This document shows, one piece after another, positions 25,338 to 38,629 of a stretch of DNA of 64,000 bases; position 1 is the first letter of the stretch, and every line of letters starts with the position of its first letter. The notes beneath the pieces were generated by a model that saw only the letters and a program-made list of their open reading frames with translations, made no database searches and was not told where the DNA came from. The stretch is from Nageia nagi (taxonomy: Eukaryota; Plantae; Pinophyta): positions 199,206,001 to 199,270,000 of the forward strand of contig JBITNC010000001.1 of NCBI GenBank assembly GCA_050084985.1, given 5' to 3'. Both the position numbers and the translations under genes were made by a program.

Positions 25338-26421
25338 AAAGAAAACCTTTCCTTTGTGAGTGGATACCATTGCATGCTCCTCTTAATTTCAATTCTCATG
25401 GAAGGGCTCTTCTTGTTGCAATATATTCACCAACTCTTCAAAGTTTGTCTTCTATTTGGTGATGTTCAAGGATGTCAGAAAGATGCGATATGATTCCAAA
25501 TTCCAAGTGTCCTCTCAAGACAATGGGTGCAAGGAGCTTATCTTCCACCATCTCTCCTAATGCTTGTAGGGAGGCACAAAGTTCTACAACTCGGTGAAGA
25601 AATGATTCCAAGTTTTCCCCACCTTTCAGATTTAAACTGTGTAACTATATTTGAAAATGAAGAATCTGATTTTGATTTTTTGATTCAAACACTTGCTGCA
25701 ATAAAATTCAACAACATCCTTGGAATCACAAATATGGGGTTGGACATCATCCGATACTCCAAAAAGGAGGATTATACATGCCTTTCTATTGTGTTGATCA
25801 AACTGTTTTTGTGGATCTCCAACAATTTTTGGGCGTTTTTTAGTCCCATCAACGATGTTCGACAAACCTTCAAATTCAAGAATGGCTTGAATTTTTGTTT
25901 TTAGGCAGCATCATTGTTTCCTTTCAAGACTTGAGAGTTAGGAAGGAGGATTTTTGGAACAATTTTTGCCATTTTTACTCAAAGCTACGAAATGGAGCCC
26001 AATTCGAGATTAACGTGAGCAAATTCCAGTAAACAATGGCAGCCACAATGGTCTCCTACACATGCTACACTATGCTTAGTCACAGTCTACAACAACAACA
26101 GTAGCAACAATACACATGAGCAATGACAAGTTTCTTTCATAGGCTACATCTCTTCTCTTCAACAACTAGATCTGATGTGAGAGGTCTCCTGCACTGCATA
26201 TGCACAACTGAGGATTTTATGCTTACCTTCTTATTGGATCTTTGCAAGAATAAATCTTTTACAAGCTTATTGGCAGCGAGAAGCTTACTTTATTATATTC
26301 CGTAGTCAAGTATAAATACAAGAGATTGAACCTAAAAATAGATAAGTGTTCCTAAAAATAATATATATCTATAATTAACCACTATCTTATAATTAACCAG
26401 TAATTTATTATTATTCTAACA
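25338..26421 (-). mobile_element. Truncated Ty1/copia element: 5' LTR (~26176-26421) and degenerate gag
   Basis: Minus-strand gag fragments (VSDDVQPHICDSKD, TNFEELVNILQQEE). TGTTAG...CA LTR with a decayed Met PBS. Similar to the copia at 38630-43948. Confidence 0.65.
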
Positions 26422-27099
26422 TGATACCTGAAATGCGAGTGATTTGGTCGTTGAGCTAGATGAACTTCAACCTAGCCATGAGAGCCAAGGCAAACCTAAT
26501 ATAGCGTAAATTCATCAGTTGTTTGCTCCAGAAGTCCAAGATTCATCCTGCAAGGTCACAGGCTGTTTGTCAGCCTTCTTCCAATCCACCAACTCAAGAT
26601 AAATATTTTCTGTATCTCCTCTTGTAACTTTGCATGATCCTATATTGCATATTGGTATTAATCTATTTTTCATTCCATGGACATAATTAAATAATACATA
26701 TTTTAATACATTGCTCATTATTTTTTCTGTTTACAAAATATTTTTTATTTTTGTCTGCAGTAACCATTTCAGTAACTGACTTTTAATCTATGTAATAACT
26801 ATTTCTCCAAGGCATTTGATATCTTGCATGCCATAGAACCAGTTAGGAGTAATAAAATAAATATATATATACAAGATCAACATCGTTATGTGAGTTGTGG
26901 CTGGTCCAAGGGTGTCTGACATAAAACATTATTATTTATTTCCTAGTCTTAATTTTAACTATTTATAGAAAAATCTCTAATACAAAGCATACATTTTGAT
27001 GTAAACTGAACTTGTTCATCCTGCAGTATTTGTGTAGTTACATTAACTTTTTATTTAAAAACTGTACATAATGCTTGAAAGATGCTGCACGATAAACAG

Positions 27100-27284
27100 G
27101 AGGATTTCGAGTTATGGGTAGGGTTCCCACACAATGCTCCTTGACAGAACCTGTTACAGGGGAGATAATGGTTGAAGCATCAGTTGTGCCAATTCATTCA
27201 ATTGATATTCGGTTACTACGTGTTGAATCAATTATTGTTGGAACCAAAAATGCAATTCAAACCACAGAGATTCAAACAACACAG
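27100..27284 (+). CDS. VPS26C: VPS26C (DSCR3-like) coding exon, first exon visible in the window
   Basis: cag|GA acceptor and CAG|gtaact donor. Encodes GGFRVMGRVPTQCSLTEPVTGEIMVEASVVPIHSIDIRLLRVESIIVGTKNAIQTTEIQTTQ, recognisable as plant VPS26C (SIDIxLLRVESI...IQTTQ). Confidence 0.93.
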
Positions 27285-27379
27285 GTAACTGATTGGTTTG
27301 CTATAACTATAAGAACATCAAGAATTGAGTTTTCAGCATTAGCGGTAAATCACTAATAGAGTTTGTGTTTCTATATTAG

Positions 27380-27468
27380 GTGGCAGATGGAGATGTTTGT
27401 CGATGCATGGCATTACCGATATATATTATTCTGCCCCGACTTTTGATGTGCCCTAGTTTTTCAAATGA
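27380..27468 (+). CDS. VPS26C: VPS26C coding exon
   Basis: tag|GTG acceptor after a 95-bp intron, GA|gtaagt donor. Encodes VADGDVCRCMALPIYIILPRLLMCPSFSN, with the hallmark ADGDVCR...PRLLxCP. Confidence 0.94.
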
Positions 27469-27554
27469 GTAAGTTGTCAATATTTTGATAATCTTATTCT
27501 GCCCCAACTTTTGATGTGCCCTATTTTTTCAAATAAGTTGTCAATATTTTGATA
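27426..27554 (+). repeat. Tandem duplication of the 3' end of a VPS26C exon plus donor region
   Basis: 27426-27490 is repeated at 27494-27554; the copy lacks the gtaagt donor. Confidence 0.85.
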
Positions 27555-27849
27555 TATTTTTGTTTTGTGAGACAAAATGCATCATTATATTCATAAATCA
27601 GAAATCTTATTCATCAGGTTAGTTATCAATATTTATTGGTCATAATAAATTGTTCTATATATATTTATACATACATACATAGTTGAAACCAATGCTCATT
27701 TACTACTTATGACAACCTGAATAAAAACCATATACTAAACATGGGATGGATATCTGTAAATGGGTGTATAAATTTTACTCAGAATTTACATGAGTCAAAT
27801 CTAGTACAACAAAGCATCCAATAATTAAAGTTTTAGCCAAACATTGAAG

Positions 27850-29850
27850 TCATCCAAGAGGTACAACAAATCAAGCAACCACTGATGTCTTAAATATTGG
27901 AAGGTAGGGCAGAATTACAAACAAAATAAAGTTATTCACCACCACAAAGAATTTTGAACCTAATAAAAGGTCTTAAACTATGTTTTGGAAACAAGAAATC
28001 TAAGCTTGTAACAAGTCTATGATCAGAGTCAAATCAACTAATGAACCCCATGGATTGTGCTCTGATCCATTGCAAGATACTGATCAGACAAGCTACTATT
28101 GTCAATATGATCTATGAACCAATGTTTTCTATTGCGCCCAGTTAAATGTAGCATCCACGCAGATCAGAACCACAAACGAAAAGTATTGTAATCCGGCTAA
28201 TTAACTACTTTTGATAACTCATAAATTTGATCCTCAATGACCTGTGAATAACTGGAACATAAGAAAGCACCACAACACTAACCAAATGCAACCATAAAAA
28301 GAAAACCACAAATTGATTATAAGATAGCTCCATGATAATTGTCCAGAAAACAACTGCTAAAATCCAACTAAGTGAACATAGTGATGCAATTGCTAAGAAA
28401 CTACTAATCATCGAAGAAATCTAACCAAATGCCATAATATCTTAGTCGCAAAATAAATATTCAGTCAACTTTGTCTTCCAAAGGGAACAGACAAATGGAT
28501 GAAATCTAGTCTCTGATGAAACTTCCTCAGGATTCTTGATATCGGAAGCACCAAACATCAGCAACTCTTATTTATAGTCAGCTAAAAAAAACACAAAAGC
28601 TTAATAAGCTCTAAACCAATCTGGCATTTTACCAATTGTCCAGATTCTCACCACATAGAAAGTAATGTGAGTGCTGTTTCTATAATGGAATAAGAGCTTG
28701 AAAATGCAAAAGCACAATAAAAATAATACCAAGTTTGTTGATGTATGTACAATCAAGAAATGTGCTTTAAGAATGCAATCATCAAAGATCTAATAGCAAG
28801 TTTTTAATCAAACAAACTCCTATCATCCATCCATTAAATAAGAGCTGGGAAGAAACCAATCCTAATAATAAATCATTGACTGAGGTGACAAAACAATTAA
28901 TCTTCAATTTGAAAGAAAACCAATTAAGTGCATCCAGTTCATGCCTTTCTATGTCATGGATAATTCATGGAGCATCATATTCATGCATCATCTAAATGGC
29001 CTAGGAATAAAGGATCAAAATATGGAAACTGTATAATCTAGATATCTGAATCCAATAATTGAATCTCTGACAATTTTGACACAAGACTCGTTGTGACATG
29101 TTTCTTTTTCAACATTGGAATTATTAATGTTACTGCCAACCTAAATCTCTTCCCAGTCTACATAGCAACACTTCTATGCTTAGTAAAACAGGCATTTGAA
29201 AAATAACTTGTAACCTCACAAATAGGACATAGATAAGTGCCCACACATATCACATTGGGAGACCAGACTGATGTAACTTTTGATGAATTCTATTGGCTTA
29301 GTATAGTCTGGTATAACAAAGGCTGGACCATTACTGGCACAATGTAGTCCATGTCAATTAGGATTTGACTTGATCTATTTGAGGTCTTGTGTCTAAAAAC
29401 TTCTTCTCTGATTTATCGATTCATCACTTTTGAAACATCGGATATACCTCTTTTGAAAACCATATTAGGAATTGTTTTGCTTCTTTCTTTACTACTCTTT
29501 TACAAGTGCGTGCAAAATGTCAGTTTGAATTCCAAAAGGCTGTTATATATATATATATTTTTGAGTTCCTTGATAAAATACTCTTTTGTTTAATATCCTA
29601 TGAACCTGCTTGTTTATAGTCTCATTGCCTTTTCCACATAGGGAGATAACTGTTTATTAGCTTCTTGCTTCTGATAAAATTACGAAGCACATATATAGCA
29701 TGTACAGACAAGATGACTTCCAAACTGGAAAAAATTATATTCCAATGTTCGACTCTTTTGCAAATTGACCAAACAAGGTTGCCAACAACAAAGTCTTCAT
29801 CAGTGTATACAAATTCAGGTTCTTGGGAAAAATGGCTTTGGGCCAAATTT
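27850..29850 (-). mobile_element. Highly decayed LINE (L1-like RT) remnant
   Basis: Faint minus-strand traces in the order expected for L1 RT motifs (FADD-like at ~28445, YLG-like at ~28140). No intact ORF; boundaries approximate. Confidence 0.4.
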
Positions 29851-29975
29851 AAAAAAAGGAAAAAAATATCAGGAAAAACTTGTTACATTAAAAAATACAA
29901 AAAACATTCAATTTTTTTTTCTAAAGAATATGCTTATCTAATTAATTGCCATAAATCATTCTCATATGTGGCATA

Positions 29976-31043
29976 CAAGGTTACACATGGGTTGGGTACG
30001 GGGGTACGCGTACTCGAGGATGGTAGGGTATGGGAACCTGATTTTAGAGGATGGCTCGGAAATGGCAAGTATATAACTAGTAAAAATTCCCAAAAATTTC
30101 AGATTTTTTAGAAATAAACATCTTTTCTAATTCTACATTCATATTATCAATTCATTGACTAAATGAATCATTGAATTCATTCCTAGGACATTCAATTTGA
30201 AATTAAATATCAAATGGTAAAAATTAAAATTAAAAATAAAAACACAAAATTGAGAACTCATAATACTGAAACTTGAAATTTGAAAGTGAAACTAAGTTAC
30301 GAAAATAATAATATTCAAATATGAAAGAGCAATAGGCTAATAGCATAATCAATGACCCATAATTATATAATGTCATTAAGTTGAATCAAGTATATAATAT
30401 TAATAATTAATGTAATATCACTCATATGTAATGTCAAAATGATCATAATGTCATACGTGAAGTCAAAATGAAAACTAAAGTAAAACTATTGCTCTAAGCC
30501 TAAAGACTCTAATTCCAATTGCTCATCCTTTGCTGATCTATTTGAGAAGTTATCCTCCTCAAGATCATCTAACCGAAGAGCATCATCCACTAACAGTCCA
30601 AGAAACTCCTCCTGATCCTCATCCTCATCAATTTGGCTCGGATCCTCTTAAAATTTAAAATTATCATTTTATGGATAATTAAATTATATGTATAAATTCT
30701 TAAATACAAATAATACAATTAAATTATTAAAATTAGAATTAAAATTAAAAATTTAAATAAAATACATAAATAAAATTATTAAAATTATAATTTTGATGTT
30801 GTAAAGCCAAAGTGGATGCTTGACTGTCTCCAAACATCCCCCAACTATCCCCCTTTTGCCCCTTCTTTTGGGGATGGCTCCCCGAGGCCTAGAAACGTTT
30901 CCGGGATGGCCGTTGCTGTTTCCCCAAAAAGGGGTATGACGGGGAAGCATCCCCTTCGGTGTACCCATGTTTTGGGGGATGGGGGAACGGGGGGACGGGG
31001 AAACACGTCCCTCAAGTGGGGGACGTGTCCCTGTGTTTCCGTG
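29976..31043 (-). mobile_element. Non-autonomous hAT-type element
   Basis: Imperfect TIRs CAAGGTTACACA / CACGGAAACACA. 8-bp TSD GTGGCATA/GTGCCATA (7 of 8 match). GGGGACG/GGGTACG subterminal repeats and an acidic transposase-tail remnant at ~30500-30650. Confidence 0.75.
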
Positions 31044-31353
31044 GTGCCATATCATCCAACAACACATTCATGATGTAAATTTGAAGAAAATGATAGTGGA
31101 ACATAATTCATATTCATAAATCATAACATCGATATACAAAAACATATGAAATAAAAAGTCATCTACAAAATGTATGTCAGATGTCTACTCATAACTGATA
31201 AGTCTCATACTTCCAAGTGCCAACAAGTGCAAAAAATAGTAAATAATTAAATACAATGTCAAGGCATCAATGTGAATGGTTCGAGGACATAGCCCTTTTA
31301 TTAGTCAATCGGCCATCAGTACGTATTCTAGCTAGTGCTACGAGGAGGCAATT

Positions 31354-32200
31354 TGTAGAATCCCAATCACAATTCAAGTGGAATTAAATAAAAAGCACAC
31401 AAGTATACTCCAACATCTGATCTAAGGCATCCAGATAAAGCTCAAGCAATGAAATAATGCCAATGGTTGGCCAAGACTAGCAGATACAAGTATTCAAACC
31501 CTCACAATGCCAACGTATGGCTTACACAAACATATACATGCAAAAGTAATCCAACGATGCCAATGGACAAGTATGCACAACACAAATATGAGATCCAATA
31601 GTCCACGACTTGTATTAGGATGTATGATGAAACAAGATACAATACTAGGTTCAAAGGGCCCAACGTTGGCCTCCAAGGAGCCAACTAGGGCACAACGAAT
31701 ATCCTCAATGCTGAACGGACGAAACATTGAATGGGACAGCCTCACTCCCTCAGAATATGAATCTTCTCCACCAAAGGAGCCCTCTCCAAACCTTGGCGAC
31801 CAACTAAATGGTTGAAGTGTGACCTCGGAATACCACCAGATGGGCTAGGGTGCTACACCAAAGCTGTAGATTAATAGGATCCCTCAGCCTATCAACCCTC
31901 CTAGATGTTGCACCCAAGGATATTGCTTGATGTTACGCCAAGACTTATGTCCTTTGGACGGTAAGTGTATAATCAATAATTTGTATATCCAATAATAATG
32001 CTCTAAGGGCTAATATAGCTTTCCTGGATCTGGATCTCACCTCGAAGTCATCACCCAGTCCCCTCAAACCCCAACGATGGCACCTAAGAGTCATTCCAGG
32101 CCAACATGGGTATTTGGGCATCCCTTATGCTCCACGTGGGTCCTCAAGCTCAATGTGGGCTTAGGCATGCATGTGTGGGTCCAGGAGGCATGTGTGGGCA
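31354..32200 (-). mobile_element. Partial family A LTR
   Basis: Reverse complement of the 3' two-thirds of LTR A, starting TGTAGAATCC; truncated at ~32200. Confidence 0.85.
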
Positions 32201-32477
32201 TTCTAATACATGATTCAATCAGGCCAAACGTGTTTTGTCTTTGTCTTTGTCGTGATAGAAGCCCCAAGTCGCTTGTATCATTATGGACATTGATTTCAAA
32301 GTGTGCGAATAGAATATGAAAGGAAGAACGCATCGCATCAACATCACATCAAGTCTACACAAACATACCTGTTGTGACTGCTCATCTAATTATTGATCAT
32401 CTTGCAAGTGTCCAATGCTTGTAGTTCATGAGATTGCATAAAACAAATAGTGAGACTGTGTGGAGTGCATGTTTGTA

Positions 32478-35400
32478 TGTGACTTTCCCCTTTGATTATT
32501 GTACTTAATTCTGGAATCCAATGGATTCCCTCTTTGTACATATTTAATTATGCTTTATTAGTTAGGACTTGGAATAGAAGATATAAAGGTCTATTGGACC
32601 CCACTGTGAGCCCCAAGTGGGATGTCTCTCTCCCAAGTGTAGTTTAGTATGATTTAATGTACTTGGAGATCCCGAAACATGATCGTGGGAATCCTAAGGC
32701 TTATTTAGCACTTATGGATAGTTACTTAATGGCCCCACCATTGAGATTGGGAGCACTTGTACATATGCACCAACATTGGAGAGGCTTCTAGACCCCCACG
32801 TTGGCCCATGAAACCCACACATGCCCTTAGACGCCCACATATGCCTCCTTGACCCACACATGTATCCTTAGGCCCATGTTGAGCTTGAGGACCCACGTGG
32901 AGCATGAGGGAGGCCTAGATACCCATGTTGGGCCTGGAATGACTCCTAGGTGCCATCGTTGGGGTTTAAGGGGTTGGGTGATGAATATGTGGTGAGATCT
33001 AGATCTAGTGTGTGCTATATTAGCCCTTAGAGCATCATTGTTGGATATATAGATTTGATAATATTACTCATACCGTTTAGTGGACAAAAGTCTTGGAGCA
33101 GGGTCAAGCAACATCTCTAGGTGCAACATCTAGGAGGTTTAATAGGCTGAGGGATCCTATTGATCTACGACTTTGGTATAGCACCTTAGTCCATTTGGTG
33201 GCATTCCGAGGTCACACTTCTACCATTTAGTTGGTTGCCAAGGTTTGGAGAGAGCTCCTTCGATGGGGAGGATTCAGATTCTGAGAGAGTAAGGCTGTCC
33301 CATTCAGTGTTCCATCTATCCAACAGTGATCATATTCATTGTGCTCTAGTTGGCTCCTTGAAGGCCAACGTTGAGCCTTGTGGGCTTGGTATTGTATCAA
33401 TATTCATTTTGTATCTTCAATACAAGCCATGGACTATTGGATCTTATTATTGTGTTGTGCATACTTGTGTATTGGCATCGTTGGATTACTTTTGCACGTG
33501 TATGATTGTATGAGCCATACGTTGGCATTGTGAGGTAATGCATACTTGTATCTGCTATTCTAGGCTTGATGTTGGCATTATTGCATTGCTTGCGCTTTAT
33601 CTAGATGCCCTAGGTCCAACATTTGAGTATACTTGTGTGTTTTGATTTAATTGCACTTGAATTTGTTTTTGGGATTTTACAGTGGTATCAGAGCTTGGAT
33701 CTAGCTAGCCTGTGAATGAAACCTGCCATTCACAACTACTACACCAGATCTAGCAGTAGAAGAGAGATGGCTTCTGCAAAGAAGAGCAAAAAGACACAAC
33801 ATGATGAGACCCCTTCTAGAGCTGCCCATGATGAGGATCGCCAACCATGGATGAATGAAGTCCTTGATAACGACAATTTCAGAGAGGAGAATGAGGCAGC
33901 AAGAGGCAGAACCACATCGACCGAGAGGAAAAGCCCTACTCCGGATAGAGAGTCCATGCCGGAGAGGAGGTTTAATGAGCTCATTTCGGCCATCCACAAC
34001 ATGATAGGAGCCATCATCACCATGTAGAAATAGATGACGACTGTCAACAGATACATTGGAGGTCAAGAGAAAGGCATGTGAGGCCCCCACGTCCTATCCC
34101 TGATGAAGAAGAGCCACAGGAGAAGGACAGGGTAAAGTTGAAGGAGATCCCATAGTTTGAGAGATAGAGGATCCACTCACCACGGATCCATGGGTCATCC
34201 AGAACGACCCATGAACCCATATTTTTGAGATCTCATTCTCATAATGCTCCGCAAGGGACTAACCCTCTTCTAGGGAGGTTCCTAAATGAGGATGTTGGGA
34301 AGCAGCTCATTATCCCCAAGCCGTCCAAGCCCATGTTTGCCAAGAAGTCAGCTGATGAAGCAAAGAACCGAATCCTCGGCCCTCTGGAGTTGAACCAGAT
34401 TTTCAGAGAGTATTCCATCTTGGATCCAGGCTTGAGGAGGGACATGAACTTCAATGGCTACTTGGATATTTTAGGGCTGAAAGGAGTCAGCTCCCACGAC
34501 ACACATTCCCTGAGCAACTTGTGGGGAGACAAAAGGGATCTATAGTAGAAAATCAACAAGATGCGGGTGACCCTTTATGATGTCAAGAGGATGACAACTA
34601 AGGCTTGTTTGCATCAATTGCAGACTTACTTTACCTTGAATCCAAACATGGTAGAGGAGGATGCAATTCATTTTGCATCATTGCACTTTGAGGGTGATGC
34701 CCTTGAATGGTGGCAGCATGGAGTAATCAGCTAGGATTACTAACACAACTGTCTTTCAATGAGTTTTCCAGAATGTTGGTAAAAAGGTTTGATCGAAAAA
34801 GGGAGAATGACTGCTTCAGGGAATTGATATCTTTGAAACAACAAGGTGCAGTAGATGAGTATGTGTTTGAGTTTCAGAAGGTTGCAATTATGATCCACAA
34901 CATTCCTGAAGAGTAGTTGACATTGCTTTTCATAGAAGGACTAATGGAGCCATTGCAGGGGATGGTCAAGGTATCTTCACCAAGAAACCTTGATGATTCA
35001 ATTAGGGTTGCATACGATTTGGAACCCACCATGAAATCTCTTAAAGGAGGGAAGACATACAAGGGGCAGGCTAGTCGAAAGACATTTGTAGAGAAAGAGG
35101 GGCCTCGCAGGTCCAAACCCTTTCCCTGGCCTTGCACAAATCAATTGGATGCAACTACTCGGAGAAAGTTGAGAAAAGAGGGTAAGTGCTTCTATTGTAA
35201 GAAGACGTGGGAGCCAAGACATTGGTGCCAAGGCAAAGGGTAGGTGCATTACATTGAGGTGTTTTTGGATGAGTAGATAGATGATTCAGACTTGGACCTT
35301 GGTATGGACATGCTAGACCAAGAAGCACCTAAGGCAAAAGGCTCATTGGGGAGCATGATTGCATCACTCCATGGGGTGAAGAAGTATCTCACATTGAAGG

Positions 35401-38088
35401 TAGTGGGGCAAGTAGGTGGCTAGGATGTGATGGTCTTGATTGACCCTTGAGCATCTCACAACTTCATTGATGAGAGTTTTGCAGAGAAGAAGGGCCTCAA
35501 GATCAAGGGGTTTGAGAGATTCAAAGTTTCTAATGCCAATGGGAAACTCACATTGGTGGATCAAATCGTTGAGAGATTTGGAGTCAGATTGCAAAGCTAC
35601 ATGGTGAGGGAAGATTTATATGTCTATCCTTTGAAGGGACATCCTCACATCATTCTGGGCGTGCAATGGTTGTTTGTGTTGGGTGACATTCACACCAACT
35701 ACCAGAAGCTCACAATGAGCTTTGAGATTGGTGGTAAGACCCACACATTGCAAAGAATTCAAGATGATTGCCCACAGGTCACCAACAAAAGATTCGAGGT
35801 GATATAGTGGTGCTAGAAGAAGAAAGAGGAAGAAGATGAGCCCATGTTGGACATGGAGGGGCCTTGGCATGAAGCATGGAGCAATGAAGAGCTCCCACAC
35901 CTCATGTTGGACACAAAGGAGTTGTGGCACCTCACGTGGAGCTTGGAGGGGGCTTTAGCACCCTTTGTTGGTCTTGGAGGTGCCTCTGCACCTCACGTGG
36001 GATATTGAGGAGGCTTGGTGTTGGACGTTGGGCTTGAGAGGACTCTTGCACCCCACATTGGGCTTGGGGAAGTTTTACACCTCACATGGGAGATTAAGGG
36101 GCTTCAGTATCTAATGATGAGCATGAAGGAGTTTGGGCACCTCACGTTGGGATTGGTGAGGCTTGGGCACCCAACGATTGGCTTGATAGAGTGCTGGCAT
36201 CCCACGTTGGACCTGGGTAGGCTTGGACATGTGTCATTGGGCTTGAAGACAATTTGGTTCCCCACATTGGAAATCAGGGAGGATTTGGACTCCATGTTGG
36301 CAGTTGGGAGAGTTTGGGACCCAACGTTGAGCTTGGGGAAGGCTTGGCCATAGCCATGGAGTAGAGGCTCCTCTTGTTTTTACTCATGCATGATTTAGTT
36401 TATGTTTTTGCAGGCATATCTTCCAAGAGGCTTTCATATGCACACTACTACAAAGGCTTGGCCATAGCAATGGAGCAGAGGCTCCTCCTGTTTTTACTCA
36501 TGCATGATTTAGTTGATGTTTTTACAGGCATATCTTCCAGGAGGCTTTCGTATGCATAGCACTACAACTAGATGCATAGCATGGATGGATGCATCAACAT
36601 CCTTACATGCACTTCCATGTTTTTCGAGGATAATGGCACCAGAATTCTTGCAAGCATCTTGGAACTTGATGTGGAGTGATGACAACATATCAGAATTTTT
36701 GCATGCAATGTTGATACATGAGGAGGCAGCTTCAATGTTTCATATAGGACCTTCACCATGGAGGAGGCTTATTGAAGTTGCATTCCACTCCAGCAGATTG
36801 CAATCAACAAGGCTAAAAGATTCTTGACAATATGCTGCAACATTCTACCATTTCTTGAGGGCAAGCAATTTGAGAGGGGAGGCTTTATGACATCCCCCTT
36901 TGATTATTGTACTTAATTCTGGAATCCACCGGATTCCCTCTTTGTATATATTTAATTATTAATTATGCTTTATTAGTTAGGACTTGGGATAGAATATATA
37001 AATGTCTGTTGGATTGTGAGCCCCAAGTGAGACTTCTCCCTCCCACGTGTAGTTTAGTATAATTTAATGTACATGGAGATCCCAAAACATGATTATGGAA
37101 ATCCCAAGGCTTATTTAGCATTTAGAGCATGGATAGTCACTTAATGGCCCCAACGTTGAGATTGGGAGCACTTGTACACATGCGCCAACCTTGGGGAGAC
37201 TTCTAGACCTCCACATTGGCCCATGACACCCACATATGCCCCCTAGACGCCCACACATGCCTCCTTGACCCACACATGCATTCTTAGGCCCATGTTGAGC
37301 TTGAGGACCCACGTGGAGCATGATGGAGGCCCACATACCCACGTTGGACATGCAATGACTCCTAGTTGCCATCGTTGGGATTTGAGGGGCTGGGTGATGA
37401 CTTTGAGGTGAGATCCAGATCTAGTGTGTGCTATATTAGCCCTTGGAGCATCATTGTTCGATATACAAATTTGATAATATTACTCATACTATCAAGTGGA
37501 CAGAAGTCTTGGTGCAACGTCAAGCAATATCCCTAGGTGCAACATCTAGGAGGGTTAACAGGCTAAGGGATCCTATTGATCTACGACTTTGGTGTAACAC
37601 CTTAGTCCATCCGGTGGCATTCCAAGGTCACACTTCTACCATTCAGTTGGTCACCAAGGTTTGGGGAGATCTCCTTTGGTGGAGGGGATTCACATTCTGA
37701 GTGAGGTTGCCCCATTCAGTGTTCTGTCCGTCTAGCAGTGATCATATTCGTTGTGCCCTAGTTGGTTCCTTGGAGGCCAACGTTGAGCCTTGTGGGCCTG
37801 GTATTGTATCAATATTCATTTTGTCTTCAATACAATCCATGGGCTATTGGATCTCATTATTGTGTTATGCATACTTGTGTATTGGCATTGTTGGATTACT
37901 TTTGCATGTGTATGATTGTATAAGCCATACATTGGCGTTGTAAGGTGTTGCATACTTGTATCTACTATTCTAGGCCATACATTGGCATTATTGCATTGCT
38001 TGAGCTTTATCTAGATGACCTAGGTCCGTTGGAGTATACTTGTGTGTTTTGATTTAATTGTACTTGAATTTGTTTTTAGGATTTTACA
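32478..38088 (+). mobile_element. Complete non-autonomous Ty3/gypsy element (family A): LTR-PBS-gag-PR-repeats-PPT-LTR
   Basis: LTRs at 32478-33681 and 36886-38088; TSD TTGTA; Met PBS TGGTATCAGAGC at 33683. Degenerate gag with CFYCKKTWEPRHWC, protease with LGVQWL, no RT/RH/INT. PPT gagaggggagg. Confidence 0.93.
35840..36570 (+). repeat. ~30-bp degenerate tandem array (~16 copies) followed by a ~114-bp tandem duplication
   Basis: Units of the form CCCACGTTGGGCTT...GGCA at ~35840-36350; duplication at ~36341-36453 and ~36454-36570. Confidence 0.75.
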
Positions 38089-38629
38089 TTGTAGAGCACA
38101 TAGCTATCACATCTGTGACAACAAGCCTGCAGATTGTTAGATTCCTTTGAAAGTGCATCTTGGGTAGTCTTTCAAACTTAATACATCTATTCAACAGATT
38201 GTAAAGGTGCTTTGGTGTTGAATGGTGCCATAGGGAGATACCCAACGTGAAAGGAGAGACCTGCTGCAGATAAGTCTCCAATTATGAACTGGAGATAATC
38301 GATTTGTTGTCTTTTGCTAGAAAGTGATGTGAACGATTTGTGAGTAGTGCAATGAAGGAGGAAGTGCACCATTGGTTTGGGTGTGTTTGTGAGGCAAACT
38401 ATTCTTGGAACCCCCTCATGGTTGCCAGTTGGGTAAACTTTTAAAGTCTCCTCCATCCACCTAGCGGCTATGAATAAAAAGCTTGATTGTAGCCAACTTA
38501 TAGCTAACTCGAAGCCGTACTACGACACAAGGAGACTACAAGTGATATTTGAACTTGAGACCTCCCAAAGGCAAATCCAAGTACTTAACCATCATGATAT
38601 CCTCTTGGGGATAGGAGGAAGTGCACCAT

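Noticed and set aside
27114-27356. 80-aa ORF as a stand-alone gene
   Set aside because: It is a VPS26C exon read through into the intron; homology stops at the donor at 27285.
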